DNA from: a virus
Lineage: Duplodnaviria > Caudoviricetes
IMG/VR virus record: IMGVR_UViG_3300046615_000261
Location: 32,001 to 96,000 of that record
Strand: one strand, 5' to 3'
Length of the DNA: 64,000 nucleotides
This document shows, piece after piece, positions 1 through 8,997 of this stretch. Positions within the stretch are counted from its first letter, which is position 1; the number at the start of each line of letters is the position of its first letter. The notes under the pieces were generated by a model. That model did not search any database. It was not told the DNA's origin and worked only from the letters and a program-made list of their open reading frames with translations. A program made the translations under genes and the position numbers.

Positions 1-14
1 CTATCCCACAAGAG

Positions 15-302
15 ATGTACCAACGTTTCAATGTGCAAGAACCTTCGACCGGTCCAGTGATGATGGCTGGTTACGTTGGTGACACTGACGCGCATTCTGA
101 GACTGTTCTGGTTCTTGGCGTTGACCCAGAAGCAGAAGGTCGGAACACTCTCCGCGTTGGCGTTGACAACCCATGGAGCGGCTCTGTTCAATCGAAGTAT
201 TTCCCAGACACGCGCGAAGGTTACCGTGACGCACTGCGTTACGCGAAGATGCTCCGCACGCTGAACCTGAAGACTGGCGGTCGTCCAGCTGAAGTGAAGT
301 AA
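15..302 (+). CDS. Hypothetical protein (95 aa)
   Basis: ORF with phage-typical codon usage, followed by a terminator hairpin. Confidence 0.7.
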   Translation: MYQRFNVQEPSTGPVMMAGYVGDTDAHSETVLVLGVDPEAEGRNTLRVGVDNPWSGSVQSKYFPDTREGYRDALRYAKMLRTLNLKTGGRPAEVK

Positions 303-317
303 ACGTGAACCTAGTTT

Positions 318-342
318 GAAAGGGCCTTCGGGCCCTTTCTTC
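318..342 (+). terminator. Rho-independent terminator
   Basis: GAAAGGGCC-TTCG-GGCCCTTTC stem with UUCG loop, followed by TTC. Confidence 0.8.
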
Positions 343-350
343 GTTACAAT
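343..350 (+). promoter_or_regulatory. GTTACAAT -10-like element upstream of exonuclease
   Basis: Same octamer at 45206 and 46781, each just upstream of a non-structural (nuclease or sigma factor) gene. Confidence 0.5.
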
Positions 351-360
351 TGAAACTTCT

Positions 361-1035
361 ATGAAATTCAACTACCAAGACTATCAGACGACGAGTGAGC
401 TCGGCCTTCGGTGGTATCACACACCAGATGGCGCGTTCCCCTCGATCACGACAGTCCTTGGTGTGTCTGAACCTCCAGAGAAGAAGGCTTCCCTTGTTGC
501 GTGGCAACAATCTCTCGGTGCTGTAAAGGCTGCTGAAAAATCGAAGGAAGCGACTGATCACGGCACGATGGTTCACCTTTTGGCCGAGCGATTTCTGAAG
601 GGTGAAGAGGTCTTTGCTCCTGTTGACGGGAAGCCAGTCTCTGATGTTAGCAAAGCCGGGTTCAACGGCTTGAAGCTGAAGCTTCGTCAGATCAACGAGG
701 TCTGGGGTCAGGAAGAATCGATCTACTCGCCGACCCTCGAGGTTGCTGGTCGCTTTGACTGCATCGGCCTGTACAAGAACAAGCCATCCGTGATTGACTT
801 CAAGACCGCTGGCCGTCTGAAGTCGCGGAAGGACATTGAAGATTACGAACTGCAGCTCGCGTTCTACGCTGCTGCGCACAATGAATTGTTCGGCACCGAG
901 ATCACTCAAGGTGTCGTGCTGATGAGCTCTGCCGGTGGAATGCCACAGGAGTTCGTTGTTGATGTCGACTCGAAGCTCGAAGAGCTGGTCGGCCGAATCC
1001 AGATCTTCTGGGAAAAGACTCTCTCCAAAGTATGA
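361..1035 (+). CDS. PD-(D/E)XK exonuclease (RecB/Cas4-like, T4-like phage type)
   Basis: AGRFD...IDFKT motif and QLAFYA; ATG at 361 preferred over the TTG at 316. Confidence 0.85.
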   Translation: MKFNYQDYQTTSELGLRWYHTPDGAFPSITTVLGVSEPPEKKASLVAWQQSLGAVKAAEKSKEATDHGTMVHLLAERFLKGEEVFAPVDGKPVSDVSKAGFNGLKLKLRQINEVWGQEESIYSPTLEVAGRFDCIGLYKNKPSVIDFKTAGRLKSRKDIEDYELQLAFYAAAHNELFGTEITQGVVLMSSAGGMPQEFVVDVDSKLEELVGRIQIFWEKTLSKV

Positions 1036-1208
1036 ACACCGCTCCGCTGACCGAAGAAGAGAAGGCCCTAATCATCGCTGGTGGTTGGAAGTTCCTGAGT
1101 GACGATCACATCTACATTCCGGAAGATTACGACGGATGCATGGCGTCCGGAATCGAGCAGATTCGTAAAGTGCTGTTCGCCATAAATAGGTCTCGCAATC
1201 GAGACTGA
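1032..1208 (+). CDS. Small hypothetical protein (58 aa, MNTAPLTEEEK...)
   Basis: Read directly from the sequence, below the ORF-track cutoff; start overlaps the exonuclease stop (ATGA-type coupling) and it fills the gap exactly. Confidence 0.6.
   Translation: MNTAPLTEEEKALIIAGGWKFLSDDHIYIPEDYDGCMASGIEQIRKVLFAINRSRNRD
1183..1188 (+). promoter_or_regulatory. T4-type late promoter box TAAATA
   Basis: 22 nt before ATG 1211. Confidence 0.6.
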
Positions 1209-1210
1209 AC

Positions 1211-1624
1211 ATGCTCCTGAATGAAATCAAACTTGGTACCAAATCTGACCCTGAAGCCCTGAAGGCTTTCATGGCTGACATGCGCGCGAACACTGAAGCG
1301 CATCCATTCGCTCGTGGAATGGTAATTCATAATGACTCCGTCGGGGTTGAGGTATCAATCTTTGACGGCAAGATTCACCTGAGCTCGATCATGAGCTTTG
1401 TTCAGAAGAACGCTGGTGAAGCTTCGAAGACTCTGAAATTCCTGACTGATCTTGCTGACAAGCACCAGGTGATCATGGATCTGGCCGTTTCGCCGATCAA
1501 GAACGCCGGCGCTCGTGAAGGTAAGAGCCTTACGAAGGCGCAGCTCACGGCCTGGTACGGTAGGTACGGTTTCAAGAAGGCACGTGGCGATTACATGGAG
1601 CGCCCACCTGGCGCCGCTGCGTAA
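1211..1624 (+). CDS. GNAT-family acetyltransferase with MLLNEIK leader
   Basis: GEASKTLKFLTDLADKH and LTAWYGRYGF fit GNAT motifs A and B. Confidence 0.7.
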   Translation: MLLNEIKLGTKSDPEALKAFMADMRANTEAHPFARGMVIHNDSVGVEVSIFDGKIHLSSIMSFVQKNAGEASKTLKFLTDLADKHQVIMDLAVSPIKNAGAREGKSLTKAQLTAWYGRYGFKKARGDYMERPPGAAA

Positions 1625-1627
1625 ATA
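1622..1627 (+). promoter_or_regulatory. Late promoter box TAAATA
   Basis: Overlaps the TAA stop; 25 nt before ATG 1653. Confidence 0.6.
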
Positions 1628-1652
1628 GAGCTGCACAATTAGGAAATTTCAA

Positions 1653-2237
1653 ATGCATCCAGTAGTCATCATGGCTTACGAGCCATCCGACGCGATCGAC
1701 GCGGCCGTTGCTGCTCTCGGTGAAGCGGGTCTGACAGCCATCGTCCTGAGCACCGCGAAGGCGAAGCTCGTCGATTTTCTCGGCGCTCTCGCCGCTGACG
1801 AAAAACCGGCAGACGACGAAAATATCGATAATTCCGGCGCCGAAGAAACCGGCGGTGGAGAACCCGCAGCTGATCTGCCTCCTGAGCCAAAGGGCAAGAC
1901 TGACCCAAAGGTCGAAGAATCCGTGATCGTTGACGGCGAGAAGATCGCAGTCAAGATCGTTGAAGGCATGACTGCTGAACTCTTCCCAAGCGGCCTGATG
2001 GTCGGTACGAAGACCGCGTACGCTCTGAACGAATCGCACTTCGCTTTCTGGCCGGCCGGTTCCGAAGGCATGTTCGATCTGACGCATGACATCCAAATCG
2101 AGCGCAATGGCCGTGCTATGTTCACGGCTGCTACGATCAAGGAAGCGGTCGCAGTACCATTCCTGAACCTTGGCATCGAGCTCTGGAAGAAGCTCAATGA
2201 GGTCGAACAAGAAACTGAACTCACAACGGACGTCTAA
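1653..2237 (+). CDS. Hypothetical late protein with acidic linker (194 aa)
   Basis: ORF behind a late box; phage codon usage. Confidence 0.7.
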   Translation: MHPVVIMAYEPSDAIDAAVAALGEAGLTAIVLSTAKAKLVDFLGALAADEKPADDENIDNSGAEETGGGEPAADLPPEPKGKTDPKVEESVIVDGEKIAVKIVEGMTAELFPSGLMVGTKTAYALNESHFAFWPAGSEGMFDLTHDIQIERNGRAMFTAATIKEAVAVPFLNLGIELWKKLNEVEQETELTTDV

Positions 2238-2440
2238 TGCTCGTTCAATATACACAGATCAGTGCTCTCACGCCTGACCAGAAGCAACGTCTGAAGGCGA
2301 CTTTCCGAGGCGCCGTGCTTGAAGGTATGCCGCACGTTCAGTTCGAAGGCCTGACTCTCAGCGTTGCTGAGCTGGCCTCTTTCCAACGCATGTGGGAAGC
2401 TGAACAGCGCCAAGGTGGTCGTCAGACCTTGTTCGGATAA
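2237..2440 (+). CDS. Hypothetical protein (67 aa)
   Basis: TAATG coupling to upstream gene. Confidence 0.6.
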   Translation: MLVQYTQISALTPDQKQRLKATFRGAVLEGMPHVQFEGLTLSVAELASFQRMWEAEQRQGGRQTLFG

Positions 2441-2443
2441 TAA

Positions 2444-3646
2444 ATGACATCTCCAGTCGATACCTCAGTTAAGTATTTCAGCTCGAATATGCCGAACGCT
2501 CCAGTGCTGAGCGGCACTGCCGGCGCGCTGATTGCATTGCTGGACGCTTGTCTCAAGGACGGCTTCAACTCGATTACACCGACATCGATTGTGGTCGCTG
2601 GAGGTATCGCTACTTTGAGCTGGGCCTCTGGTACGTTCGCGGCACTGCCAGACTCGGTAGTGCTGATTGCTGGCGTGACCGACAAGACCGGCCTGAACGG
2701 TGAGCAGAAAGTGCTCACCAAGAGCGCGCTGTCAATCACGTTCGCAACTGCTGAGACTGCTGGCACTGCAACGCTCTCCGCTGCCACGGTGAAGATCGCG
2801 CCGCTTGGATGGCTGAAGCCTCAATCAGGTACCAACCTTGCAGCGTACCAATCAAGTGATTCACTGTCTACCAAGATGCTACTGCGTGTTGATGACACCG
2901 GAACCACGATGGCCCGCGTTGTCGGATACGAGTCCATGACCGATGTGAACACTGGAGTGAACCCATTCCCTTCAGCGGCTCAGATGTCAGGTGGCGGTTA
3001 TTGGTCGAAGAGCGTGAATGCGAGCGCCGCTACCGTGAATTGGTCCTTGCATGGCGATGGAAGAATCTTCTATCTTAACGTTCAGCCAGGATCGTCGAAC
3101 GCTTTGGTGAATCAAATTTGTTCAGGCAAGGTCTTTGGAGACGTGATTCCGACCAAGCCGGGCGGAGACCCTTATGCCTGCTGCCTGAACTACGCCCAGA
3201 CCGCAACGATTGGTAACCAGACCGATGGCGCGTTCGGCGCGTCTGGCGACTTCAAGTTCGCCATGCCTCGCGATTTCACAGGATTGGGGTCTTCAGTGAT
3301 GTACGGCGCGTGGACTTTGACTGGAAATGGCGGAGTTTCAGGTCTAGCGAACGCCCTTGGCTCGTTCCCTTCCCCAATTGACGGCGGCCTTTGGCTGTGC
3401 AAGAAGTTCCTGTACACTTCTATTCTCAGTTCCCCTCGTGCCATTTTCCCAGGCCTCCTGAACGTCGTCCAGTCTGGCGTTTGGAATTCCTTCAAGCAAG
3501 GAGACTCAGTGCCGGGGTCTGGGATTTACGCGGGTAAGAACCTGATGGCGGCAACGACATCTGACAACTCGACGGCGTTCACCACAGCTTCTACTGCAGC
3601 TAACACTGGCATCATCTTTTTCGACGTCACAGGCCCTTGGAGATAA
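2444..3646 (+). CDS. Tail fibre / virion structural protein
   Basis: N-terminus MTSPVDTSVKYF...LSGTAGALIALLDACLKDGF is typical of a proteobacterial phage tail-fibre family; Gly/Ser/Thr-rich. Confidence 0.7.
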   Translation: MTSPVDTSVKYFSSNMPNAPVLSGTAGALIALLDACLKDGFNSITPTSIVVAGGIATLSWASGTFAALPDSVVLIAGVTDKTGLNGEQKVLTKSALSITFATAETAGTATLSAATVKIAPLGWLKPQSGTNLAAYQSSDSLSTKMLLRVDDTGTTMARVVGYESMTDVNTGVNPFPSAAQMSGGGYWSKSVNASAATVNWSLHGDGRIFYLNVQPGSSNALVNQICSGKVFGDVIPTKPGGDPYACCLNYAQTATIGNQTDGAFGASGDFKFAMPRDFTGLGSSVMYGAWTLTGNGGVSGLANALGSFPSPIDGGLWLCKKFLYTSILSSPRAIFPGLLNVVQSGVWNSFKQGDSVPGSGIYAGKNLMAATTSDNSTAFTTASTAANTGIIFFDVTGPWR

Positions 3647-3647
3647 G

Positions 3648-4274
3648 TTGATCCACAGTCCGTTCCATACCGTTGAGAACTTCATCTCTCCACTGCAATG
3701 TGAAATCATTGCAGATCGCCTGAAGCTGAATGTTCCAAGCTACGCTGAAGATGGTCAGCCTCTGAAGTACGAATGCCGTGTTCCCGTTGAACTGGCAGGA
3801 AATATCGCATCAGAGCTGGACGCCCTGTCACCGCTGCTTGAGCGACGTTATGGTGCTCAGATTTCCGCTGAACCAGCGCTGTTGTTCCAGCAGTACTGGG
3901 AGAACGCGAAAGCTCCAGCAGAACAGATCGGCTGCGAGAACTCAAAGTTCTCACGGAAGAAGTGGATCAAGACGAAGGACGTCGATCTGGTCGGATTTAT
4001 CTGGCTGAAGTCGTTCCACAACTCGGTTCCGCTCGATCCTCGCCACGAGGTCTATGGCGGCAAGCTCGAATTTCCTGGGTACAACTTCAGCCTGACGCCG
4101 GTCCGCGGCACGCTGGTAATCTTCCCAGCTACTCCGCACTTCATCACGGCCACGTCGCACGTGATGCTCGGTTCTCTTGAGCAAATCAAGCTGAACATCA
4201 AGCTCAAGGACTGGCAGTACCAGCCTGAGAGTTTTCCAGGCACGTACCAAGAGTGGTTCTTCCCTGAAGAGTAA
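3648..4274 (+). CDS. 2OG-Fe(II) oxygenase-fold protein, catalytic residues apparently lost
   Basis: YGGKLEF and P.RGTLVIFPA scaffold present; HxD, distal His and Arg appear replaced; TTG start. Confidence 0.65.
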   Translation: MIHSPFHTVENFISPLQCEIIADRLKLNVPSYAEDGQPLKYECRVPVELAGNIASELDALSPLLERRYGAQISAEPALLFQQYWENAKAPAEQIGCENSKFSRKKWIKTKDVDLVGFIWLKSFHNSVPLDPRHEVYGGKLEFPGYNFSLTPVRGTLVIFPATPHFITATSHVMLGSLEQIKLNIKLKDWQYQPESFPGTYQEWFFPEE

Positions 4275-4295
4275 TCTGTAACGGCGTTACAGATT
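4273..4295. repeat. Perfect 10-bp inverted repeat (hairpin or operator)
   Basis: AATCTGTAAC-GGC-GTTACAGATT between the oxygenase stop and the island promoter. Confidence 0.8.
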
Positions 4296-4297
4296 CG

Positions 4298-4334
4298 TTT
4301 ACACGCATTCCCAGGATGCTGTACAATTCACCAT
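4298..4334 (+). promoter_or_regulatory. Sigma70-like early island promoter
   Basis: TTTACA-18 nt-TACAAT; CAGGATGCTGTACAATTCACCAT matches 36751-36773 at 22/23 nt. Confidence 0.7.
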
Positions 4335-4347
4335 CGACACTGAAACG

Positions 4348-4674
4348 ATGATGAACATGAAAAATCCCGCCCTCGCAAATCTCACGCCGGTCAGCTCCGA
4401 ATCGCTGAGCTGCTCGATGGCGCGGAAACTGCTCCTGGGCGATATCAGCGATCTGAACGTCCGTCGCTTCGAACACATCTACAACGACCCCCGCCCGCAC
4501 GTCGGTCTTGCTCTGAAGGGCAAGGAAGGGAACGTCACGGTCTGGGCCCTCACGAAGGAACTCCGCGACGAACGCGAGAACGAGCTGATCGGTTGGGAAC
4601 TCACGCCGATTCGCGAAACCATCGAAGCTCAGCCGTCGCTCGCCGGCTGGACCCTCCGTTTGCTGAACGACTAA
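4348..4674 (+). CDS. Hypothetical protein (island 1)
   Basis: ORF directly behind the island promoter. Confidence 0.75.
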   Translation: MMNMKNPALANLTPVSSESLSCSMARKLLLGDISDLNVRRFEHIYNDPRPHVGLALKGKEGNVTVWALTKELRDERENELIGWELTPIRETIEAQPSLAGWTLRLLND

Positions 4675-4686
4675 GAAGGAAAAATC

Positions 4687-4965
4687 ATGGCAAGCTTCAA
4701 CGACTTCCCGGCGAACTGGCGCGAAATCACGCAAGAGGTGTTCGCCAAGAGCCGGCACTTCACGTTCGCGCCGGTGAACATCGAGTTCCGGCAGATGATC
4801 GATCGGAATGATCGCTCCAAGCCGCCGCTGAATGCCAGGCTCGAGTGGCAAGCCGACGGCACCGGGTACTCGATCGTGAACGACTACTGGGCCGGGACCG
4901 TGAAGCTCTTCGCGTTCGGCGAGCGTACGCCCGGTCTGGTCGAAAACTTCGATTCTTCGGACTGA
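4687..4965 (+). CDS. Hypothetical protein (island 1)
   Basis: SD AAGGA, then ATG. Confidence 0.75.
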   Translation: MASFNDFPANWREITQEVFAKSRHFTFAPVNIEFRQMIDRNDRSKPPLNARLEWQADGTGYSIVNDYWAGTVKLFAFGERTPGLVENFDSSD

Positions 4966-4967
4966 TC

Positions 4968-5273
4968 ATGTCGATCTCCATCGTCGCCGGCGGCGACCTG
5001 TACAAGCGGCTCCAGCAGGAGATGCTGATCAACGTTCCGCGCCAGACCACCCTGACCGGGTTTCAAGAGCGGATTGCTGACCGCGGCTTTCGCGGCGCTG
5101 AGCTGATCGAAGGTGCGCATGGTTGGTGCCTTCGGTACGACTCTGGTCTGCAGGGTTTCGACATCATCAAGGTCGACGGTCTTCCGGGCACGTTCTTCAC
5201 GGCATGCAAGAAGGCCACGGCCTGGGTCGCCGAAGACCCACTTCATCGGTACGCTTTTGTGAGGACAGTATGA
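4968..5273 (+). CDS. Hypothetical protein (island 1)
   Basis: Start moved to ATG 4968 (MSISIVAGG), just after the upstream TGA. Confidence 0.7.
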   Translation: MSISIVAGGDLYKRLQQEMLINVPRQTTLTGFQERIADRGFRGAELIEGAHGWCLRYDSGLQGFDIIKVDGLPGTFFTACKKATAWVAEDPLHRYAFVRTV

Positions 5274-5584
5274 GAGCACATCTCTGTTTCATCGGTGGCG
5301 GCGATCGCATCGAACGGTACTGCCCGGGCTGCATCGACGAAAGGCGAGCCATGAAAATGAACATCGTGTACTGCCATGTCGGGTACGACCAAGCGTCGGC
5401 CCACTCCAGAATCAAGCCGAACATGCCTGACAACATGAGGCTCACGTTCAATGACGCTGGCGTGCTGATCCGCGCCGATGTCCTGTCGCCGATCGAGCGG
5501 CGGGTGAAAGCCATGCGCGCGGCCGATGTGGAACAATCCGATCGCGAATACATTCTGTCTACTCAACGTAAGGGGAAAATCTGA
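5270..5584 (+). CDS. Hypothetical protein (island 1)
   Basis: SD GAGGA and ATGA overlap at 5270 (MRAHLCF...). Confidence 0.65.
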   Translation: MRAHLCFIGGGDRIERYCPGCIDERRAMKMNIVYCHVGYDQASAHSRIKPNMPDNMRLTFNDAGVLIRADVLSPIERRVKAMRAADVEQSDREYILSTQRKGKI

Positions 5585-5823
5585 TGTGGGAAAACCGTCG
5601 CAATGCTGGCTCGGCGAGCTGGACCGGAGTTGACAAGAAGAAGGTCGACGCGGCCAAGAAGAAGGAATGGCTCCAGAAGCTGAACCAAGGCAAGCGCGGC
5701 CAGAAGGGGTTCACGCTGATCGAGCTCATGATCGTGCTCGCGATGGTCACGATCGTTCTCGCCATGGTCGGCCCCGGCATGTGGGGTTACCTTGGTGAAC
5801 TTTTCGCGGTCGTGTCGAAATGA
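5584..5823 (+). CDS. Truncated type IV prepilin-like peptide
   Basis: QKG|FTLIELMIVLAMVTIVLAMVGP class III signal with E5, P22 and Y27; stop after 37 mature residues. Confidence 0.75.
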   Translation: MWENRRNAGSASWTGVDKKKVDAAKKKEWLQKLNQGKRGQKGFTLIELMIVLAMVTIVLAMVGPGMWGYLGELFAVVSK

Positions 5824-6071
5824 GCGACGCAATGAATGAGCTGTTCGCAGCGACTGAAAAGCGGCGCGCTGAAATCCAACTCGAGCACATCGAGAAGATG
5901 ATCGAGATGTCAAATCAGATCGCCAAAGATCTGCTGAACGGAATCGGCTTTGAGGAGCGGCCGAAGCTCAGCGATCATAAGATGCAGCTCATCTTGCTGA
6001 ACAACATGGCGAACAAGCTTCAGCGCCGTGTGATCATGATGCTGGCTGCGGCCGGTCAAGACGGCACGTAA
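5820..6071 (+). CDS. Hypothetical helical protein (island 1)
   Basis: ATGA coupling to the pilin-like gene. Confidence 0.7.
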   Translation: MSDAMNELFAATEKRRAEIQLEHIEKMIEMSNQIAKDLLNGIGFEERPKLSDHKMQLILLNNMANKLQRRVIMMLAAAGQDGT

Positions 6072-8470
6072 TCCTGCCAAGACCCGATGTTCTGACTTGG
6101 TCCTACCCAGTGGTAGACCTTGTTCAGAACGCCTAGATCGCCAGTGTCGAGCTCGGCGTAATTCATGTGAATCAAGACTCGCTTCGGTCCAGTGTTCAGG
6201 ACTGCAGGCGAGATTGGCAGGCCATCGCCTCCCGTGAGAGTCATTGGCTCGAACGCTGACAGAAGCTTCTCGTCTCCCTTGTCGTCTTGCGAGTCCTCGT
6301 TCTTTTTGGACGAGGACGGTCCGCTTCCGGAATCCCCACCAGCACTTGTTCCAACAATCGCGCCTGGAGTACCTTCAGGTCGATCTGGCATGTACACCCA
6401 CGTGTCGCCATTCAGGGAGGCCCGGAGCTCTCCAATGTCCCAGCCTGTTGTACTACTTGTACTGCCAGAGCCGGTGTCTCCGGTGTCGCCTGAAGAGCCC
6501 GAGTCGCCTCCTGCCGAGGTGTCTCCACCAGCAGAAGTATCTTCTGGCGTGATCGTCTTCAGGACGAGATCGTATGTGCGAACCCGAGGGCGAATGTACA
6601 GGACCCCGTTCGTCGGCCACACGACGGACCCGAGCTTGAACGAGACTGCAGGGTTGCTGAACAATTTGCCTGGGGTGACAGTTCCGAGATCCTTCACAAG
6701 GGTCCCGACGTCGTCGGCTATTTGCCAACTAATGCCGTATAAACTCGCCCCTAACGAGCCATTCGGCGCCTTTTGAATTCTGATCTCTTGGTCCCAGTCG
6801 AGTTTCAAGCTAAGCAGATCAATGTCGGGGATCGACATATTCTGCACGCTCAATGACTCGTCTGGAGCGAGAGCTGTGTGCTGGATTACGCAGAGACCTT
6901 CACTGAGATCGTCGTTCTCGACGACACTGATCCTAATCAAATTGGCTGCTTGACCACGTTCAACTGATCTAAAATAGGTACCACCTGCCCACAGTCGCGC
7001 GCGGGTGCTTGATGACGTCTTCAGGAACACTGGCCCCTGCATCGTCGGCTTGAACTCGCCCTTAACCGGCGCTTGTTGCGCAGCAATCTTAACGACATCC
7101 AGTGTCGCGGGTCTGCCAGTGATCTTGAACGTGCCAGCCGTCGCCCGTACAATCGGAGCAATCTTAGCGGTCGATGGGTAACCAGTGACAGTGAACGCGC
7201 CTGTTCCAAGGAACATTGGCCGATCAATGAGCCGCCAGACCGTGAAGTTCGCGCCATTGCTGCCGATCGTGAACGCACCAATACTTGGTGAGAGCTTGTA
7301 CGAGAGCTTGCTCTCAATCGACGTGCTGCCGATAATGAAGTTCGCCGTTCCAGCATTGATCTTCCGCTGGAACAGGTACTTGGTGTCGCGACCCTGAACG
7401 GCGTACGCACCTGTCGCTCCAGCTGGAACGTGGTTGTACACCCAGCGCATGCTTGGCGCACTGATTGTGAACGTACCCGCCAAGAACCCAGCGCCAGTAG
7501 ACGAAATTAGCGCTGTAGATCCGTCAATCGAGAATGCGCCAACGGCTGGCGACCACTGATGTCCGCGCCAGATCTTTGCCGAGCGGGTCCCAATGCTGAA
7601 CGAACCTGTTCCTGCTCGAATCGCGCGACCAAGCGATGTCGTGGAAAGAACACCGGTGATGTTGAACGCAGCGGGATCAACTCGCCAGGCGGTGTTGTTC
7701 TTCGTGAACGCAGCTGGAGGCGTATCAATCGTGAATGCCTGCGGAACAGGCACGTTGATACGACGGGATCTAATGTAAGACGCCGCTGGGTAATCAATCG
7801 TGAACGTGCTGGTCGATGTGAACCACTTACGTCCAGTGAACTTGAACAGGACATCGCGACCAGTGATCGTGTACGCACCAGTCGTCTCACCCCATGCTCG
7901 CGTTCTTGCAATTCGGCCATTTGATCCAACGACCGTGAATGACGATGGTGGCAGGAACCACTCAAGATCTGCGCGTTGGAAGAACGCCAGATAGCTGTTG
8001 TCGATCGTAAAGACGCCTGGCTGCGTTCTAAGCTTGTGCGCTACCGACGGCTGAACAGTTGCCCCAGTGTACGTGAATACGCCAGGTGATACAGGGAACT
8101 TATGGGCGAACGTGATTTTGGCTGGGAAGCCAACTACGTTGAACGCGCCAGTCGGCGCTGGCATTGTGCGCGTGAGCGATTGCCGTGCCGAATTTCCAGA
8201 GTAATTGAACGTGCCTGGTGCTAGCGACCAGAACACCGATGTCGAAATCGCCGCCGACGACGGCGTGATCGAGAACGCCCCTGGCGTTGCATCGAAGGAA
8301 TATGAGTTCGCGGTTCCAACAGAACCGAATAGCAGGGTAACCGAGGACGCCCCTGCAGTAGGAACGCCCGCGAACGTCAGGTGGGCCGCAGACGACATCG
8401 GCGTCAACGACCCAGAGACGGTACTTACGGCGAAAGAGCTAGGTGTACAACTGAGGAGATAGTCAGCCAC
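6056..8470 (-). CDS. Repetitive fibre-like virion protein (804 aa)
   Basis: About 19 G-x-F-x-I-x-G-type repeats; GTG start; in a late operon. Confidence 0.65.
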   Translation of the reverse strand: MADYLLSCTPSSFAVSTVSGSLTPMSSAAHLTFAGVPTAGASSVTLLFGSVGTANSYSFDATPGAFSITPSSAAISTSVFWSLAPGTFNYSGNSARQSLTRTMPAPTGAFNVVGFPAKITFAHKFPVSPGVFTYTGATVQPSVAHKLRTQPGVFTIDNSYLAFFQRADLEWFLPPSSFTVVGSNGRIARTRAWGETTGAYTITGRDVLFKFTGRKWFTSTSTFTIDYPAASYIRSRRINVPVPQAFTIDTPPAAFTKNNTAWRVDPAAFNITGVLSTTSLGRAIRAGTGSFSIGTRSAKIWRGHQWSPAVGAFSIDGSTALISSTGAGFLAGTFTISAPSMRWVYNHVPAGATGAYAVQGRDTKYLFQRKINAGTANFIIGSTSIESKLSYKLSPSIGAFTIGSNGANFTVWRLIDRPMFLGTGAFTVTGYPSTAKIAPIVRATAGTFKITGRPATLDVVKIAAQQAPVKGEFKPTMQGPVFLKTSSSTRARLWAGGTYFRSVERGQAANLIRISVVENDDLSEGLCVIQHTALAPDESLSVQNMSIPDIDLLSLKLDWDQEIRIQKAPNGSLGASLYGISWQIADDVGTLVKDLGTVTPGKLFSNPAVSFKLGSVVWPTNGVLYIRPRVRTYDLVLKTITPEDTSAGGDTSAGGDSGSSGDTGDTGSGSTSSTTGWDIGELRASLNGDTWVYMPDRPEGTPGAIVGTSAGGDSGSGPSSSKKNEDSQDDKGDEKLLSAFEPMTLTGGDGLPISPAVLNTGPKRVLIHMNYAELDTGDLGVLNKVYHWVGPSQNIGSWQDYVPS

Positions 8471-8491
8471 GTAACGGCACCGTTAGGCCGA

Positions 8492-8935
8492 TTACGTCAG
8501 CGTCAGAATCGTACCTGGCGTAGCCGAGTTGAACTGAATCGTGACCGTTTCCGTATCGCCCAGCGTAATGCTGGTACCGTAGTCGTACCAGCCAACAACA
8601 GCGTCGGCTGGCGACGTTGCGGTGTCATTGTACAGGACAGCGTACCGGAATGGACCGATCGAACCACCAGTTGCGGTGAACACAACCTGCGTACCGAGCA
8701 CCGAGGTAACGCCCGAAGAGACGCTCAGTGTGATCGTTGTTGCCGAACCACCAGTTGGGTAACCGACGGCCGAAGTTGGCGGCGCGTGTGCGCTGACCAG
8801 GTCAAGCGTTGTTTGCGAAGCAATAGGCGCAACGTTCGTCAGGCAGACCTTGTAAACGTCGGTAGCAAAGTGATGCACACCCTTGATGACCTGCTGCGAG
8901 AAGTCATTGAACTTGTTGAATGCTGAAACAGCCAT
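8492..8935 (-). CDS. Virion structural protein (fibre-associated)
   Basis: D.YKVCL and TLSVSSG..VVFTATGGSIGPFRYAVLY pattern of small fibre-associated proteins; late box upstream. Confidence 0.65.
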   Translation of the reverse strand: MAVSAFNKFNDFSQQVIKGVHHFATDVYKVCLTNVAPIASQTTLDLVSAHAPPTSAVGYPTGGSATTITLSVSSGVTSVLGTQVVFTATGGSIGPFRYAVLYNDTATSPADAVVGWYDYGTSITLGDTETVTIQFNSATPGTILTLT

Positions 8936-8967
8936 GATTATCCTTAAGAGGGACTGGAGATACCGGC

Positions 8968-8973
8968 TATTTA
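8968..8973 (-). promoter_or_regulatory. Late promoter box TAAATA
   Basis: 32 nt before ATG 8935. Confidence 0.6.
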
Positions 8974-8997
8974 CACGCTATCTACGCGGTCCAAAAA

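Noticed and set aside
28-909. 293-aa minus-strand ORF
   Set aside because: Shadow of the exonuclease and the 15-302 gene; runs across a terminator
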